Shown here: one piece after another, positions 33,264 through 45,487 of the stretch
Layout: each line of letters starts with the position of its first letter
Position numbering within the stretch: the stretch's first letter is position 1
Origin: an uncultured Alphaproteobacteria bacterium
GTDB lineage: Bacteria > Pseudomonadota > Alphaproteobacteria > Rhizobiales > Xanthobacteraceae
Assembly (NCBI GenBank): GCA_963697885.1
Contig: OY969102.1
Location: 423,006-487,005, forward strand
Reading direction: 5' to 3'
DNA length: 64,000 nt
Made by a program: the position numbers and the translations under genes
Notes under the pieces: generated by a model
Database searches by the model: none
Told to the model about the DNA's origin: nothing
The model's input: the letters and a program-made list of their open reading frames with translations, nothing else

Positions 33264-34484
33264 TTACAAATCCAGCACAACGCGCGCCGGATCCTCCAGG
33301 CCTTCCTTGACTCGCACGAGGAAGGTGACCGCCTCGCGGCCGTCGACAATGCGGTGATCGTAGGAGAGCGCCAGATACATCATCGGCCGCGCCTCGATCT
33401 TGCCGGCAACAACGACGGGCCGCTCCTGGATCTTGTGCATGCCGAGAATGCCGGACTGCGGTGCATTGAGGATCGGCGTCGACATCAGCGAACCGTACAC
33501 GCCGCCATTCGAGATGGTGAACGTGCCACCCTGCATATCCTCGATCTTGAGCGCGCCGTCGCGTGCACGGCGGCCAAATTCGGAAATTGTTTTTTCGATC
33601 TGCGCGAGCGACATTGTATCGGCGTCGCGCACCACGGGGACAACCAGGCCCTTCTCGGTGCCAACGGCAACACCAATGTGATAGTAGTTCTTGTAGACCA
33701 TATCAGCGCCGTCGATCTCGGCGTTGACGGCGGGAATTTCCTTCAACGCCTGAATGCAGGCGCGCACAAAGAAGCCCATGAAGCCCAACTTCACGCCGTG
33801 CTTCTTCTCGAACAGATCCTTGTACTGATTGCGCATCTGCATCACCGCGCTCATGTCGACCTCATTGAAGGTCGTGAGCATGGCGGCGGTGTTCTGCGCG
33901 TCTTTCAGACGGCGCGCGATGGTCTGGCGCAGCCGGGTCATGTGCACGCGCTCTTCGCGCGCCGCATCATCAGCGGGCGATGGCGCGCGCATCTGCACCG
34001 GTGCAGCAACCGGCGTCGGGGCGGCCGCAGCGCGCTCGATGGCGGCGATCATGTCGCCCTTCGTCACTTGCCCGTGCATGCCGCTGCCGGCGACCTTCGA
34101 GGGGTCAACGCCGCGTTCCGCAGCCATCTTGCGGACCGACGGCGGCATCGGCATCTCGGTCGACCTTGCCGGAGTAGCGGGCGCGGGCTTTGGCTGCTCG
34201 GCCGCCTTTTGGGGCGTGGGTGGAGGCGCAGCTTTAGGCGCCGCGCCGGCGCCTTCCTTGATTTGTCCGAGCAGTGCGCCAACGGCGACCGTGTCGCCAT
34301 CTTTTACCGCAATATCGGAGAGAACGCCGGCGGCCGGCGCAGGCACTTCCAGCGTGACTTTGTCGGTCTCCAGCTCGACCAGCGGTTCGTCCACCGCCAC
34401 CGCATCGCCCGGGTGCTTGAACCATTTGCCGACGGTCGCTTCGGTGACGGACTCGCCGAGGGTGGGCACGCGGATGTCAGCCAT
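33264..34484 (-). CDS. sucB: 2-oxoglutarate dehydrogenase E2, dihydrolipoyllysine-residue succinyltransferase
   Basis: Lipoyl domain [22 protein letters not shown]...[11 protein letters not shown] and catalytic motif [14 protein letters not shown]. Confidence 0.95.
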   Translation of the reverse strand: MADIRVPTLGESVTEATVGKWFKHPGDAVAVDEPLVELETDKVTLEVPAPAAGVLSDIAVKDGDTVAVGALLGQIKEGAGAAPKAAPPPTPQKAAEQPKPAPATPARSTEMPMPPSVRKMAAERGVDPSKVAGSGMHGQVTKGDMIAAIERAAAAPTPVAAPVQMRAPSPADDAAREERVHMTRLRQTIARRLKDAQNTAAMLTTFNEVDMSAVMQMRNQYKDLFEKKHGVKLGFMGFFVRACIQALKEIPAVNAEIDGADMVYKNYYHIGVAVGTEKGLVVPVVRDADTMSLAQIEKTISEFGRRARDGALKIEDMQGGTFTISNGGVYGSLMSTPILNAPQSGILGMHKIQERPVVVAGKIEARPMMYLALSYDHRIVDGREAVTFLVRVKEGLEDPARVVLDL

Positions 34485-34507
34485 GACGTCTCTCTTACCT
34501 CTCATTT

Positions 34508-34536
34508 GTCATGCCCGGCCTTGTGCCGGGCATGAC
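34508..34536. repeat. hairpin repeat family B in the sucA-sucB spacer
   Basis: GTCATGCCCGGC-CTTGT-GCCGGGCATGAC has a perfect 12-bp stem. Confidence 0.9.
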
Positions 34537-34548
34537 AGTCCATCGAAT

Positions 34549-37506
34549 TTATCCAAGCGCCTCGTCGAGAAATTGCTTGAGCTGCGTCAGGTGTTTCGAC
34601 ATCTGCCCAACTGCGGTCGACGCGGATGCGGGACGCCCCGCATAGCGCATGGTGCGGTGTTTCGCGGTGATCTGATTGAGGACCCATTGCAAGAACACGT
34701 CGACAAAGAACCATGCGCCCATATTGCGTGGCTCTTCCTGGCACCACACCATTTCCGCCTGCTTGAAGCGGGAAAGCTCGGTCACCAGCGCCTTGGTCGG
34801 GAATGGATAGAGCTGCTCGATGCGCAGCAGATAGATATCATCGATGCCGCGCTTCTCGCGCTCATCATAAAGATCGTAGTAGACCTTGCCCGAACACATA
34901 ACGACGCGACGTATTTTGTCGTCGGAAACAAGCTTGATCTTCTCATTTGGAAGCAGTTGTGCGTCGTCCCACAGGAGACGGTGGAACGACGTGCCGTTGA
35001 CGAGTTCATCGAGCCGCGACACCGCGCGCTTGTGGCGCAGCAGGCTCTTCGGCGTCATCAGAATCAGCGGCTTGCGGATCTCGCGTTTGAGCTGCCGACG
35101 CAGAGCGTGGAAGTAATTCGCCGGCGTCGTGAGATTCGCCACCTGCATGTTGTCTTCCGCACACATCTGCAGAAAGCGTTCGAGCCTTGCCGAGGAATGC
35201 TCGGGGCCCTGCCCTTCGTAGCCATGCGGCAACAGACAGACCAGACCCGACATGCGCAGCCATTTGCGCTCGCCGGATGAAATGAACTGGTCAAACACGA
35301 CCTGCGCGCCATTTGCGAAGTCGCCGAATTGCGCTTCCCATAGCGTCAGGGCGTTCGGCTCCGCAGTGGAATAGCCATATTCGAAGCCGAGCACCGCCTC
35401 TTCCGACAGGCTCGAATTGAGCACCTCGAAACGTGCCTGCCCTTGTCCGAGGTGGTTGAACGGTGTGTGGCGTTCCTCGGTGTTTTGATCGAACAGAACT
35501 GAATGGCGCTGCGAGAAGGTGCCGCGCTCGCTGTCCTGGCCCGAGAGACGGACGGGGTGCCCTTCCTGTAGCAGTGAGCAGAAGGCAAGTGCCTCGGCCG
35601 TAGCCCAATCGATCCCCTCGCCGGTCTCGATCGCTTTCGTGCGGTTATCAAGGAAACGCTGAATGGTCTTGTGAACCACAAAGCCTGACGGAACCGCCGT
35701 AATCTTTTTCCCGATCTCGTGCAGAGTTTCGACCGCAACGCCAGTATTGCCACGGCGCGGGTCCTCGACCTCACGCGCTGCTTTCATGCCGGCCCAGCGG
35801 CCGTCGAGCCAGTCGGCCTTGTTCGGCTTGTAGCCTTGCGCCGCCTCGAATTCGGCGTCGAGCCGCGCGCGCCAGTCGCCACGCATCTTGGCGACCTCGC
35901 CTTCGGTGACAACACCCTCGCCGATCAATTTCTCGCTGTAGATTTCCAGCACGCCCGGATGCGCGCGGATTTTCTTGTACATCAGTGGTTGCGTGAAAGA
36001 CGGCTCGTCGCCTTCGTTGTGGCCGAACCGCCGATAACAGAACATGTCGATGACGACCGGCTGCTGGAATTTCATGCGGTATTCGGTCGCGACTTTCGCC
36101 GCAAACACCACCGCTTCCGGATCGTCGCCGTTCACGTGGAAGATCAATGCCTCGATCATCTTGGCGACGTCGGACGGATAAGGCGACGAGCGCGAGTAGC
36201 GCGGGTAAGTCGTAAACCCGATCTGGTTATTGACGATGAAATGGATGCTGCCACCGGTGCGGTAGCCTTTCAGGCCCGACAGGCCGAAGCATTCCGCCAC
36301 CACGCCCTGGCCCGCGAAAGCGGCATCGCCGTGCATGAGCAACGGCATCACCATGGTGCGCTCCTCGGGCTTCGCATGGTGCTGATCCTGCTTCGCGCGC
36401 ACTTTGCCGAGCGTAACCGGGTCGACGATTTCCAGATGCGACGGATTCGGCGTGAGCGAGAGATGCACCTTGTTGTTGTCGAATTCGCGATCCGACGAGG
36501 CGCCCAGGTGATACTTGACGTCGCCGGAACCTTCGATTTCGTCCGGGGTTGCCGAGCCGCCCTTGAATTCGTGAAACAGCGCGCGGTGCGGCTTGCCCAT
36601 CACCTGCGTGAGCACGTTCAAGCGGCCACGATGCGGCATGCCGATGCAGATTTCTTCCACGCCGAGATTACCGCCGCGCTTGATGATCTGTTCAAGCGCC
36701 GGGATCAAGGACTCGGCGCCATCGAGGCCGAAGCGTTTGGTGCCGGTGAACTTCACGTCACAGAAATTCTCGAAGCCTTCCGACTCGACGAGTTTGTTGA
36801 GGATCGCGCGTTTGCCTTCGCGGGTGAAGGTGATCTCCTTATCACGTCCCTCGATGCGTTCCTGGATCCAGCTTTTCTGCGCGGCGTTGGAGATGTGCAT
36901 GAACTCAACACCGAGCGTCTGGCAATACGTGCGGCGCAGGATCGTGACGATCTCCCGCATGGAAGCGAATTCGAGACCGAGCACCTTATCGAGGAAGATC
37001 TTGCGATCGAGATCGGATTCCGTGAATCCATACGAACGCGGATCGAGTTCTTCTTCGTTTTTCTTCGGCTCGAGTTCAAGCGGGTCGAGCTTGGCATGGA
37101 AGTGGCCGCGAATACGGAAGGCGCGGATCAGCATCAGTGCGTGGATGGAATCGCGCGTCGCCTGCAGCACGTCTGTGGAGGAAAGCTCGACACCTTTGGT
37201 CTGCGCGGTGGCGGAGATCTTCTCGCTGATTTTCTTTTCGGTTTCCGCCCATTGGCCGTCGAGTGCGGCCACCAGATCGCCGTTCGGCCGCAAGGGCCAG
37301 TTCGGCATCGTCCAGGAGGCGCCACGCGCGCTTTTAATGACGTCCGATTTCTCGTCCTTCAGGCTCTGGAAAAACGTCCGCCACTCGGCGTCGACCGCCG
37401 CGGGATCAGCCTCGTATTTGGCGTAGAGGTCTTCGATGTAGGCAGCGTTGCCGCCGTAGAGGAAAGAGGTGTGGGCGAAGATGGCGTTGGCGTCCTGGCG
37501 GGACAT
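34549..37506 (-). CDS. sucA: 2-oxoglutarate dehydrogenase E1 component
   Basis: 985 aa: MSRQDANAIFAHTSFLYGGNAAYIEDLYAKY...GMPHRGRLNVL...LHGDAAFAGQGVV. Confidence 0.96.
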   Translation of the reverse strand: MSRQDANAIFAHTSFLYGGNAAYIEDLYAKYEADPAAVDAEWRTFFQSLKDEKSDVIKSARGASWTMPNWPLRPNGDLVAALDGQWAETEKKISEKISATAQTKGVELSSTDVLQATRDSIHALMLIRAFRIRGHFHAKLDPLELEPKKNEEELDPRSYGFTESDLDRKIFLDKVLGLEFASMREIVTILRRTYCQTLGVEFMHISNAAQKSWIQERIEGRDKEITFTREGKRAILNKLVESEGFENFCDVKFTGTKRFGLDGAESLIPALEQIIKRGGNLGVEEICIGMPHRGRLNVLTQVMGKPHRALFHEFKGGSATPDEIEGSGDVKYHLGASSDREFDNNKVHLSLTPNPSHLEIVDPVTLGKVRAKQDQHHAKPEERTMVMPLLMHGDAAFAGQGVVAECFGLSGLKGYRTGGSIHFIVNNQIGFTTYPRYSRSSPYPSDVAKMIEALIFHVNGDDPEAVVFAAKVATEYRMKFQQPVVIDMFCYRRFGHNEGDEPSFTQPLMYKKIRAHPGVLEIYSEKLIGEGVVTEGEVAKMRGDWRARLDAEFEAAQGYKPNKADWLDGRWAGMKAAREVEDPRRGNTGVAVETLHEIGKKITAVPSGFVVHKTIQRFLDNRTKAIETGEGIDWATAEALAFCSLLQEGHPVRLSGQDSERGTFSQRHSVLFDQNTEERHTPFNHLGQGQARFEVLNSSLSEEAVLGFEYGYSTAEPNALTLWEAQFGDFANGAQVVFDQFISSGERKWLRMSGLVCLLPHGYEGQGPEHSSARLERFLQMCAEDNMQVANLTTPANYFHALRRQLKREIRKPLILMTPKSLLRHKRAVSRLDELVNGTSFHRLLWDDAQLLPNEKIKLVSDDKIRRVVMCSGKVYYDLYDEREKRGIDDIYLLRIEQLYPFPTKALVTELSRFKQAEMVWCQEEPRNMGAWFFVDVFLQWVLNQITAKHRTMRYAGRPASASTAVGQMSKHLTQLKQFLDEALG

Positions 37507-37644
37507 GGCGGTCTAAATCCTTGCGCGGCCTGAAAAATCCACGCGTTACCGGTCGCAATAGCCCGAAGGGCCCGCGACCAGCCGGTCTGGCTGTTTTAAC
37601 TCTATTTATGACGACTGTAAGTCTACGAAAGGCCAAGCACTGAA

Positions 37645-38528
37645 TCAGGATTTCAGTACTTCCACCAGAGTCTTCCCAATTCGGGCCGGGGACGGTGATA
37701 CCTTGATTCCAGCAGATTCCATCGCCGCAATTTTGGACTCGGCGTCGCCTTTGCCGCCGGAGATGATTGCGCCCGCGTGACCCATGCGCCGGCCAGGCGG
37801 CGCCGTGCGGCCCGCAATAAATCCGACCATGGGCTTCTTGCGGCCACGCTTGGCCTCATCTTTCAGAAACTGTGCTGCGTCCTCTTCGGCCGAGCCGCCG
37901 ATCTCGCCGATCATGACAATCGACTCAGTTTTCGGATCCGCGAGAAACATCTCCAGCACCGCGATGAACTCAGTGCCTTTGACCGGATCGCCACCGATAC
38001 CCACCGCGGTCGTCTGACCGAGATTCTCGCGGCTGGTCTGGAACACTGCTTCATAAGTCAAAGTGCCTGAGCGTGAGACAATGCCAACCTTGCCCGGCTT
38101 GAAGATATTGCCCGGCATGATGCCGATCTTGCATTCACCTGCCGTCATCACGCCCGGACAGTTCGGACCGATCAGGCGCGACTTCGAGCCTGAAAGCGAG
38201 CGCTTGACCTTGACCATGTCCAGCACCGGGATGCCTTCGGTGATGCAAACGATCAGCGGGATTTCGGCCTGAATCGCCTCGCAGATTGCGTCGCCGGCGC
38301 CGGCCGGTGGAACGTAAATCACGCTGGCGTCGCAGCGGGTTCTCTCCTTCGCCTCAGCAACGGTATCGAACACGGGCAAATCGAGATGGGTCGAACCACC
38401 TTTGCCCGGCGAAGTGCCGCCAACCATCTTGGTGCCGTAGGCGATCGCCGCTTGCGAATGGAAGGTGCCATTCTTGCCGGTGAACCCCTGGCAGATGACT
38501 TTTGTATTTTTGTCGATGAGGACGGCCA

Positions 38529-38529
<1 letters not shown>
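37645..38529 (-). CDS. sucD: succinate--CoA ligase subunit alpha
   Basis: [26 protein letters not shown]...[13 protein letters not shown]. Confidence 0.96.
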
Positions 38530-39698
<1,169 letters not shown>

Positions 39699-39726
39699 GA
39701 CATGCTCTCGGCCGAATGCGCCGGTT

Positions 39727-40743
<1,017 letters not shown>

Positions 40744-40835
40744 TTAACCGGTTAGGTTTGACCCGACAAGGCGCGCAAGCGGACGATCGGGCCCGCTTTG
40801 ATCTTGTATACATTATACCAGCAGACACGGAGCCT

Positions 40836-40854
40836 TGAGTCCAGAGGCGACTCA
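40836..40854. promoter_or_regulatory. perfect inverted repeat TGAGTC-N7-GACTCA (two GANTC sites) in the mdh / Nramp-like divergent spacer
   Basis: TGAGTC 40836-40841 and GACTCA 40849-40854 are flanked by GAGCC/GGCTC (40830-40865). The repeat is about 70 nt upstream of ATG 40921. Confidence 0.35.
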
Positions 40855-40920
40855 GTATCTGGCTCGCGGTGGACGTCGCCGCCAGATAGCCTGGACGGCG
40901 CATTTTTAAATTGCGTGGCA

Positions 40921-42192
40921 ATGACTATGGGCCGAATTTCTTTACGCGGGGTCTGGCGGGCACTCGGGCCAGGGCTCGTGACGGGCGCCGCCGACGATGA
41001 CCCGAGCGGCATCGCCACCTATTCGCAGGCCGGCGCACAATTTGGCTTCTCCTTGCTGTGGACGGTGTTCCTGACGCTGCCGTTTATGGCGGCCATCCAG
41101 ATCATCAGTGCTTGCATCGGGTGGGATACGCGGCAAGGGCTCGCCCGCAACATTGCAAAGGTACTGCCATCATACGTGCTGTATTTGCTGGTGGCTTCGC
41201 TGCTGGTGGCCAACACAATAAACATCGCCGCCGATCTTGCCGCGATGGGCGAGGCCCTGCGCCTGGTCACCGGCGGCTCGGCGCTGATCTTCGCGTGCCT
41301 GTTCGGAATCGTCTGCCTCATCGCCGAGGTCTTCATCCCCTATCATCGCTATGCCGGCATCCTGAAATTCATGACGATGGTGCTGCTGTTCTATGTTGCA
41401 GCGGCCTTCACCGTGCATATCCCGTGGAGCGAGGTCGCGCGCGCGACTGTGATGCCTAGCTTCAGTCTCGATCGCGATTTGCTGTTGATGGTCGTCGCTG
41501 TGTTTGGCACCACCATCAGTCCCTATTTGTTTTTCTGGCAGGCATCGCAGGAAGCCGAAGAATCCAGGCTGAGCCATCGGAATAAGTACGCAGGACACCC
41601 GCAACTGAGGAAAAATTCATTCAGAAGCATTTCGATCGACACCTGGACCGGTATGTTCTTCTCCAATGCCATCGCCTTCTTCATCATCGTGACCACGGCA
41701 GCGACGCTGCACACGCATGGCGTCACGCATATCGATACCGCGGCCCAAGCCGCCGAGGCGCTGCGACCGATCGGCGGACCGTTTGCCTTCGCGCTGTTCT
41801 CCGCCGGAATCATCGGCACCGGCCTTTTGGCGGTACCGGTGCTGGCCGGATCGGCCGCTTACGCGGTCGCCGAGGTGTTCAATTTGCGCGGCAGCCTGGA
41901 GCTTCCGGCCAGCCGCGCCATCGGATTTTACGCCATCGTCGCCGCCGCCACGCTCGGTGGCTCGGCATTGCTCGCCACGAATATCGATCCGATCGCGATG
42001 CTGTTCTGGGCCGCGGTGATCAACGGGGTCGTGGCGGTGCCGATGATGGTTGCAACCATGTTCGTGGTTTCCAGCAACCGTAAGACACGCCGTGTCTCGC
42101 TGCCGCGCTGGCTGCTAGTGCTGGGCTGGCTTGCCACCGCCCTGATGGCGCTCGCGGTGGCATTGCTGATCTGGTCGAGCCTGCGCGCCTAG
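40921..42192 (+). CDS. Nramp-related divalent cation transporter with non-canonical metal-site motifs
   Basis: GPGLVTGAADDDPSGIATYSQAGAQFGFSLLW has the Nramp TM1 topology, but reads DPSG where DPGN is expected and TISPYLFFWQ where MPHNLYLHS is expected. About 11 TM segments. Confidence 0.8.
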   Translation: MTMGRISLRGVWRALGPGLVTGAADDDPSGIATYSQAGAQFGFSLLWTVFLTLPFMAAIQIISACIGWDTRQGLARNIAKVLPSYVLYLLVASLLVANTINIAADLAAMGEALRLVTGGSALIFACLFGIVCLIAEVFIPYHRYAGILKFMTMVLLFYVAAAFTVHIPWSEVARATVMPSFSLDRDLLLMVVAVFGTTISPYLFFWQASQEAEESRLSHRNKYAGHPQLRKNSFRSISIDTWTGMFFSNAIAFFIIVTTAATLHTHGVTHIDTAAQAAEALRPIGGPFAFALFSAGIIGTGLLAVPVLAGSAAYAVAEVFNLRGSLELPASRAIGFYAIVAAATLGGSALLATNIDPIAMLFWAAVINGVVAVPMMVATMFVVSSNRKTRRVSLPRWLLVLGWLATALMALAVALLIWSSLRA

Positions 42193-43364
42193 GTCTCGAC
42201 GATCTTATCGGTGTCAACGGCGGGTCCCTGCCGCGGCCCATGCGGAAGGCCGAGATAGGCCTGCGAACGCATCTCGATCAGACGCGAGGCCGTGCGTTTG
42301 AACTCATTGGCCTCGTAGCCATCGGTCGCCACGTAGAGCCCGTCCGGCTGTGCCGCCGCGGACGCAAGCAATTTTACGGCGTGATCGTAGAGAGTATCGA
42401 TCAGGATGATGAAACGTTTGGCTTCGTTGCGCTGCGGGTAGTCCATGACAGGAACATGGTCGAGAATGATGGTGTGAAATTCATGCGCGATTTTGAGATA
42501 ATCGGTGGCAGCGAGCGGTTGCGCGCATAGATCGTCAAAGGAAAAACGCGCCACTCCCATCGCCGTCTTCGGCACATGGATGGCGTGCCCCTTGACCATC
42601 AGTTCATGAGGGACGCCAACATGTCCGCCGGCCAGACGCCGCCACGCTTCGTCGAGCGCAGCATCGGCTTTCTCGTCGGCAGGTACGTACCATGTTGGCA
42701 CCCCCGTGAGTTTCTCTAAACGGAAGTCGACGCGTGCCTCCAGTTGAACCACGACGCACTGGCGTTCCAGCAAAGCGATGAACGGCAGGAACAGCGCGCG
42801 ATTGAGCCCATCCTTGTAGAGCTCACTTGGTGGCAAATTCGACGTTGCGACGACGACGCCGCCGAGTTCAAATAGACGGGTGAACAAACGGCCGAGAATC
42901 ATGGCGTCGGCAATGTCGGTTATGTGAAATTCGTCGAAGCAGAGTAGCCAGCTTTCCTCCGCGATCGCCGCGGCGGTGCGCTGAATCGGATCGTGCTCGT
43001 TGGCTTCGCCGTTCTTGACCTCCTGCCGATAGGCGTGAACGCGTTCATGCACGTCGGCCATGAATTCGTGAAAGTGCACGCGGCGCTTGCGAATGACGGC
43101 ACTCGTTTCGAAGAAGAGGTCCATCAACATGGTCTTGCCGCGACCGACCTCGCCGTAGACGTAAAGTCCTTTCAGCGTCGTGCCGCTCTGCTCGCGCTTG
43201 CCAAACAACCAGCCGAGCGAAGACGATTTGCGCGCGAGCCGGTGCTGATCGAGCCGCAGCTCAAGCGCGCTCAATTGCCGTGCCAGCGTGGCCTGGCCGG
43301 GATCCGCTTCGATCTTTCCGGCGGCGACCAACGCCGCGTAGCGGGTGCTGAAAGTTTCGGACAT
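42189..43364 (-). CDS. zapE: cell division protein ZapE (AFG1-like ATPase)
   Basis: Walker A GEVGRGKTMLMD and Walker B LLCFDEFH. Start at ATG 43364. Confidence 0.9.
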   Translation of the reverse strand: MSETFSTRYAALVAAGKIEADPGQATLARQLSALELRLDQHRLARKSSSLGWLFGKREQSGTTLKGLYVYGEVGRGKTMLMDLFFETSAVIRKRRVHFHEFMADVHERVHAYRQEVKNGEANEHDPIQRTAAAIAEESWLLCFDEFHITDIADAMILGRLFTRLFELGGVVVATSNLPPSELYKDGLNRALFLPFIALLERQCVVVQLEARVDFRLEKLTGVPTWYVPADEKADAALDEAWRRLAGGHVGVPHELMVKGHAIHVPKTAMGVARFSFDDLCAQPLAATDYLKIAHEFHTIILDHVPVMDYPQRNEAKRFIILIDTLYDHAVKLLASAAAQPDGLYVATDGYEANEFKRTASRLIEMRSQAYLGLPHGPRQGPAVDTDKIVET

Positions 43365-43652
43365 TGGGGCAAAGACAGACGGATTGGCGGGAGCGTTGCG
43401 AGACCTAGGGTGAACAGCACCCACTGTAAATCAGGATGCACAAAAGCAGGTTATTTTGCGCACAAAATGTGCGGTAACACATTGGTAGCCATGCGTTTTC
43501 CGCAGGTGAGGGTTTCCCCGGCAGTCTTTAAGTCGAACTTTTGCTGCATTGCACCATATAAGTTTCGTCGTGGCGATTCGAGACAGACCCGCGCCGCCAC
43601 AGGGCAGGAACCGCAGACCAGGCAGGGCGACGTGACATTAAGGAGAACCGAT

Positions 43653-44228
43653 ATGGACGAGCCTTTGCCCGATGGCGGCGTGGTCCGGAAACTATGGGTG
43701 GCCGAAACCGACGCCTATCGCGACCACTTGCTGCGCCTTGATCGCGAGAGCCGGAACAGGCGTTTTTCAGGCGCGGTGCCCGACGAATTCATCACCCGTC
43801 ATGCGGCGACAGCCAACGGGCTCGGCGTGGTGGTTCACGGGTTCTTTGTCGACGGTGTTTTGCGCGGGGCCGCCGAGCTTCGTCCCTACGGCCCGATGTT
43901 CGCACGCGAGGGCGAGGCCGCCTTCAGCATCGAGCAGCGGTGGCAGAGCCACGGCGTTGGCACCGTGCTGCTTGAACGCACCCTCCTGAGTGCGCGCAAT
44001 CGCGGCGTCAAGTTATTGCAAATGAACTGCCTCGCCGACAACCAGCGCATGCAGCAGCTCGCCCGCAAGTTCGAGGCTGATCTCAAGTTTGACTTTGGCA
44101 GCGTGGTGGGTGAAGTCGATCCGCCGCGCTCAACTCCGCTCTCACTGATACGCGAGGCCGTCATTGACGGACACAGCATCGCGGCCGCAATCCTCGATGT
44201 GCAATCGCGGTTATTCAACCCGGCTTGA
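43653..44228 (+). CDS. GNAT family N-acetyltransferase
   Basis: An AAGGAGAACCGAT RBS precedes the ATG. IEQRWQSHGVGTVLLERTLLSARNRGVKLLQM is a GNAT motif A-like segment. Confidence 0.7.
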   Translation: MDEPLPDGGVVRKLWVAETDAYRDHLLRLDRESRNRRFSGAVPDEFITRHAATANGLGVVVHGFFVDGVLRGAAELRPYGPMFAREGEAAFSIEQRWQSHGVGTVLLERTLLSARNRGVKLLQMNCLADNQRMQQLARKFEADLKFDFGSVVGEVDPPRSTPLSLIREAVIDGHSIAAAILDVQSRLFNPA

Positions 44229-44233
44229 GATAT

Positions 44234-44770
44234 TTACGCGTTGAGCGGGTAGCTCGCCTCGACCACATATGGACCGCCGCCGACCGAGGCGCGCGACGAA
44301 AATAGAACGAAGCGCGAGACGCGGAAGGCGGCAGTACGGAAATAACCGCGGGCCGCGAGATAATCCGCGACGTCACGGCTGGACGATTCGCGCAAGCGCG
44401 CGAGCGTCACGTGCGGCGTGAACTTGCGTCCTTCTGGCTCCAGGCCAATGCGTTGCATCAGCCGTTCCTGCTCGGCCTGCGCATCAAGCAGGGCTTGCGC
44501 GGGAGCGACGCTGGCGACCACCGCGCGCGGCTTGCGACCGCCAAATGAAGTCAGGCCCTCCATATAGAGCTCGAAAGACCCGCGTTTCACACGCCCAAGC
44601 ATGGATGCGACTTCATGGGCGATGACATCATCAACGTCGCCAATGAAGCGTAGCGTCAGGTGATAGTTCTGCGGGTCGATCCAGCGCGCGCCCGGCAATC
44701 CGCCGCGCAGCATGCCAAGCGCCTGCCCGACATCGGGCGGGATTTCGACACCGGTGAAAAGGCGCGGCAT
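44234..44770 (-). CDS. thpR: RNA 2',3'-cyclic phosphodiesterase (2H phosphoesterase)
   Basis: Two HxT/S motifs are present: NYHLTLRFIG and TPHVTLARL. Confidence 0.88.
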   Translation of the reverse strand: MPRLFTGVEIPPDVGQALGMLRGGLPGARWIDPQNYHLTLRFIGDVDDVIAHEVASMLGRVKRGSFELYMEGLTSFGGRKPRAVVASVAPAQALLDAQAEQERLMQRIGLEPEGRKFTPHVTLARLRESSSRDVADYLAARGYFRTAAFRVSRFVLFSSRASVGGGPYVVEASYPLNA

Positions 44771-44784
44771 GGGTAGCCCACTTC

Positions 44785-45487
44785 TTATTTCCCGCGCACG
44801 GCGCGAGACCGAACAATCAGCTCTTCGACTCGCGGCAGAATACGCGCCACGATCACGTCCACGCCGTCGGCATTGGGATGCATGCCGTCGCCCTGGTTTA
44901 ATTTGGGATCGGCGGCTACCCCGTCAAGGAAGAATGGATAAAAGACGACCGGGTGAGTTCGAGGCAAGTGCCGGGTAGATCGCGTCAAAATCGCGCGCAT
45001 AGTCGGGGCCCATGTTGCGCGGTGCCTGCATGCCCGCGAGCAGGACAATGATATGACGGTCCTCAAGTCTGCGCAGAATTGTATCGAGCGCGGCCTTGGT
45101 CAATTTTGGATCGAGCCCCCGCAAGGCATCGTTTGCGCCAAGTTCGAGGATGACTGCGTCGGTGCCATCCGGAACTGACCAGTCCATGCGCGCGAGGCCC
45201 GCGGACGCCGTGTCGCCGGACACGCCGGCATTGATGATCGTGACGGCCGCGTCTTTAGATCTCAACGCCGCGGCCAATCGCGACGGGAACGCTGCATCGA
45301 CCGGCAATCCAAAGCCTGCGCTGAGGGAATCGCCCAGCACCACGATTTTGACCGGCTGTTCGGCCGCCTCTACGCCGCTCGCCGGGGCCAGCGCACATAC
45401 CAATGCGACCAGCAGCAAGGCTGCAAGACGCTGGACCCGGGCGGGGTTCCTCCCATATGAGCGGGGTTGTGAATAATGAGGTCCCAT
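44785..45487 (-). pseudogene. SGNH arylesterase / TesA-like lipase, frameshifted by +1 nt at about 44958
   Basis: Signal peptide, then IVVLGDSLSAGFG (GDSL block) and GANDALRG. Homology continues in ORF 44785..45066 (HPVVFYPFFLDGVAADPKLNQGDGMHPNADG, the DxxH block). The span is 703 nt (3n+1). The extra base lies in GAGTTC 44955-44960. The candidate start ATG 45487 overlaps the divergent ABC gene start by 2 nt, so the true start may be internal. Confidence 0.8.
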
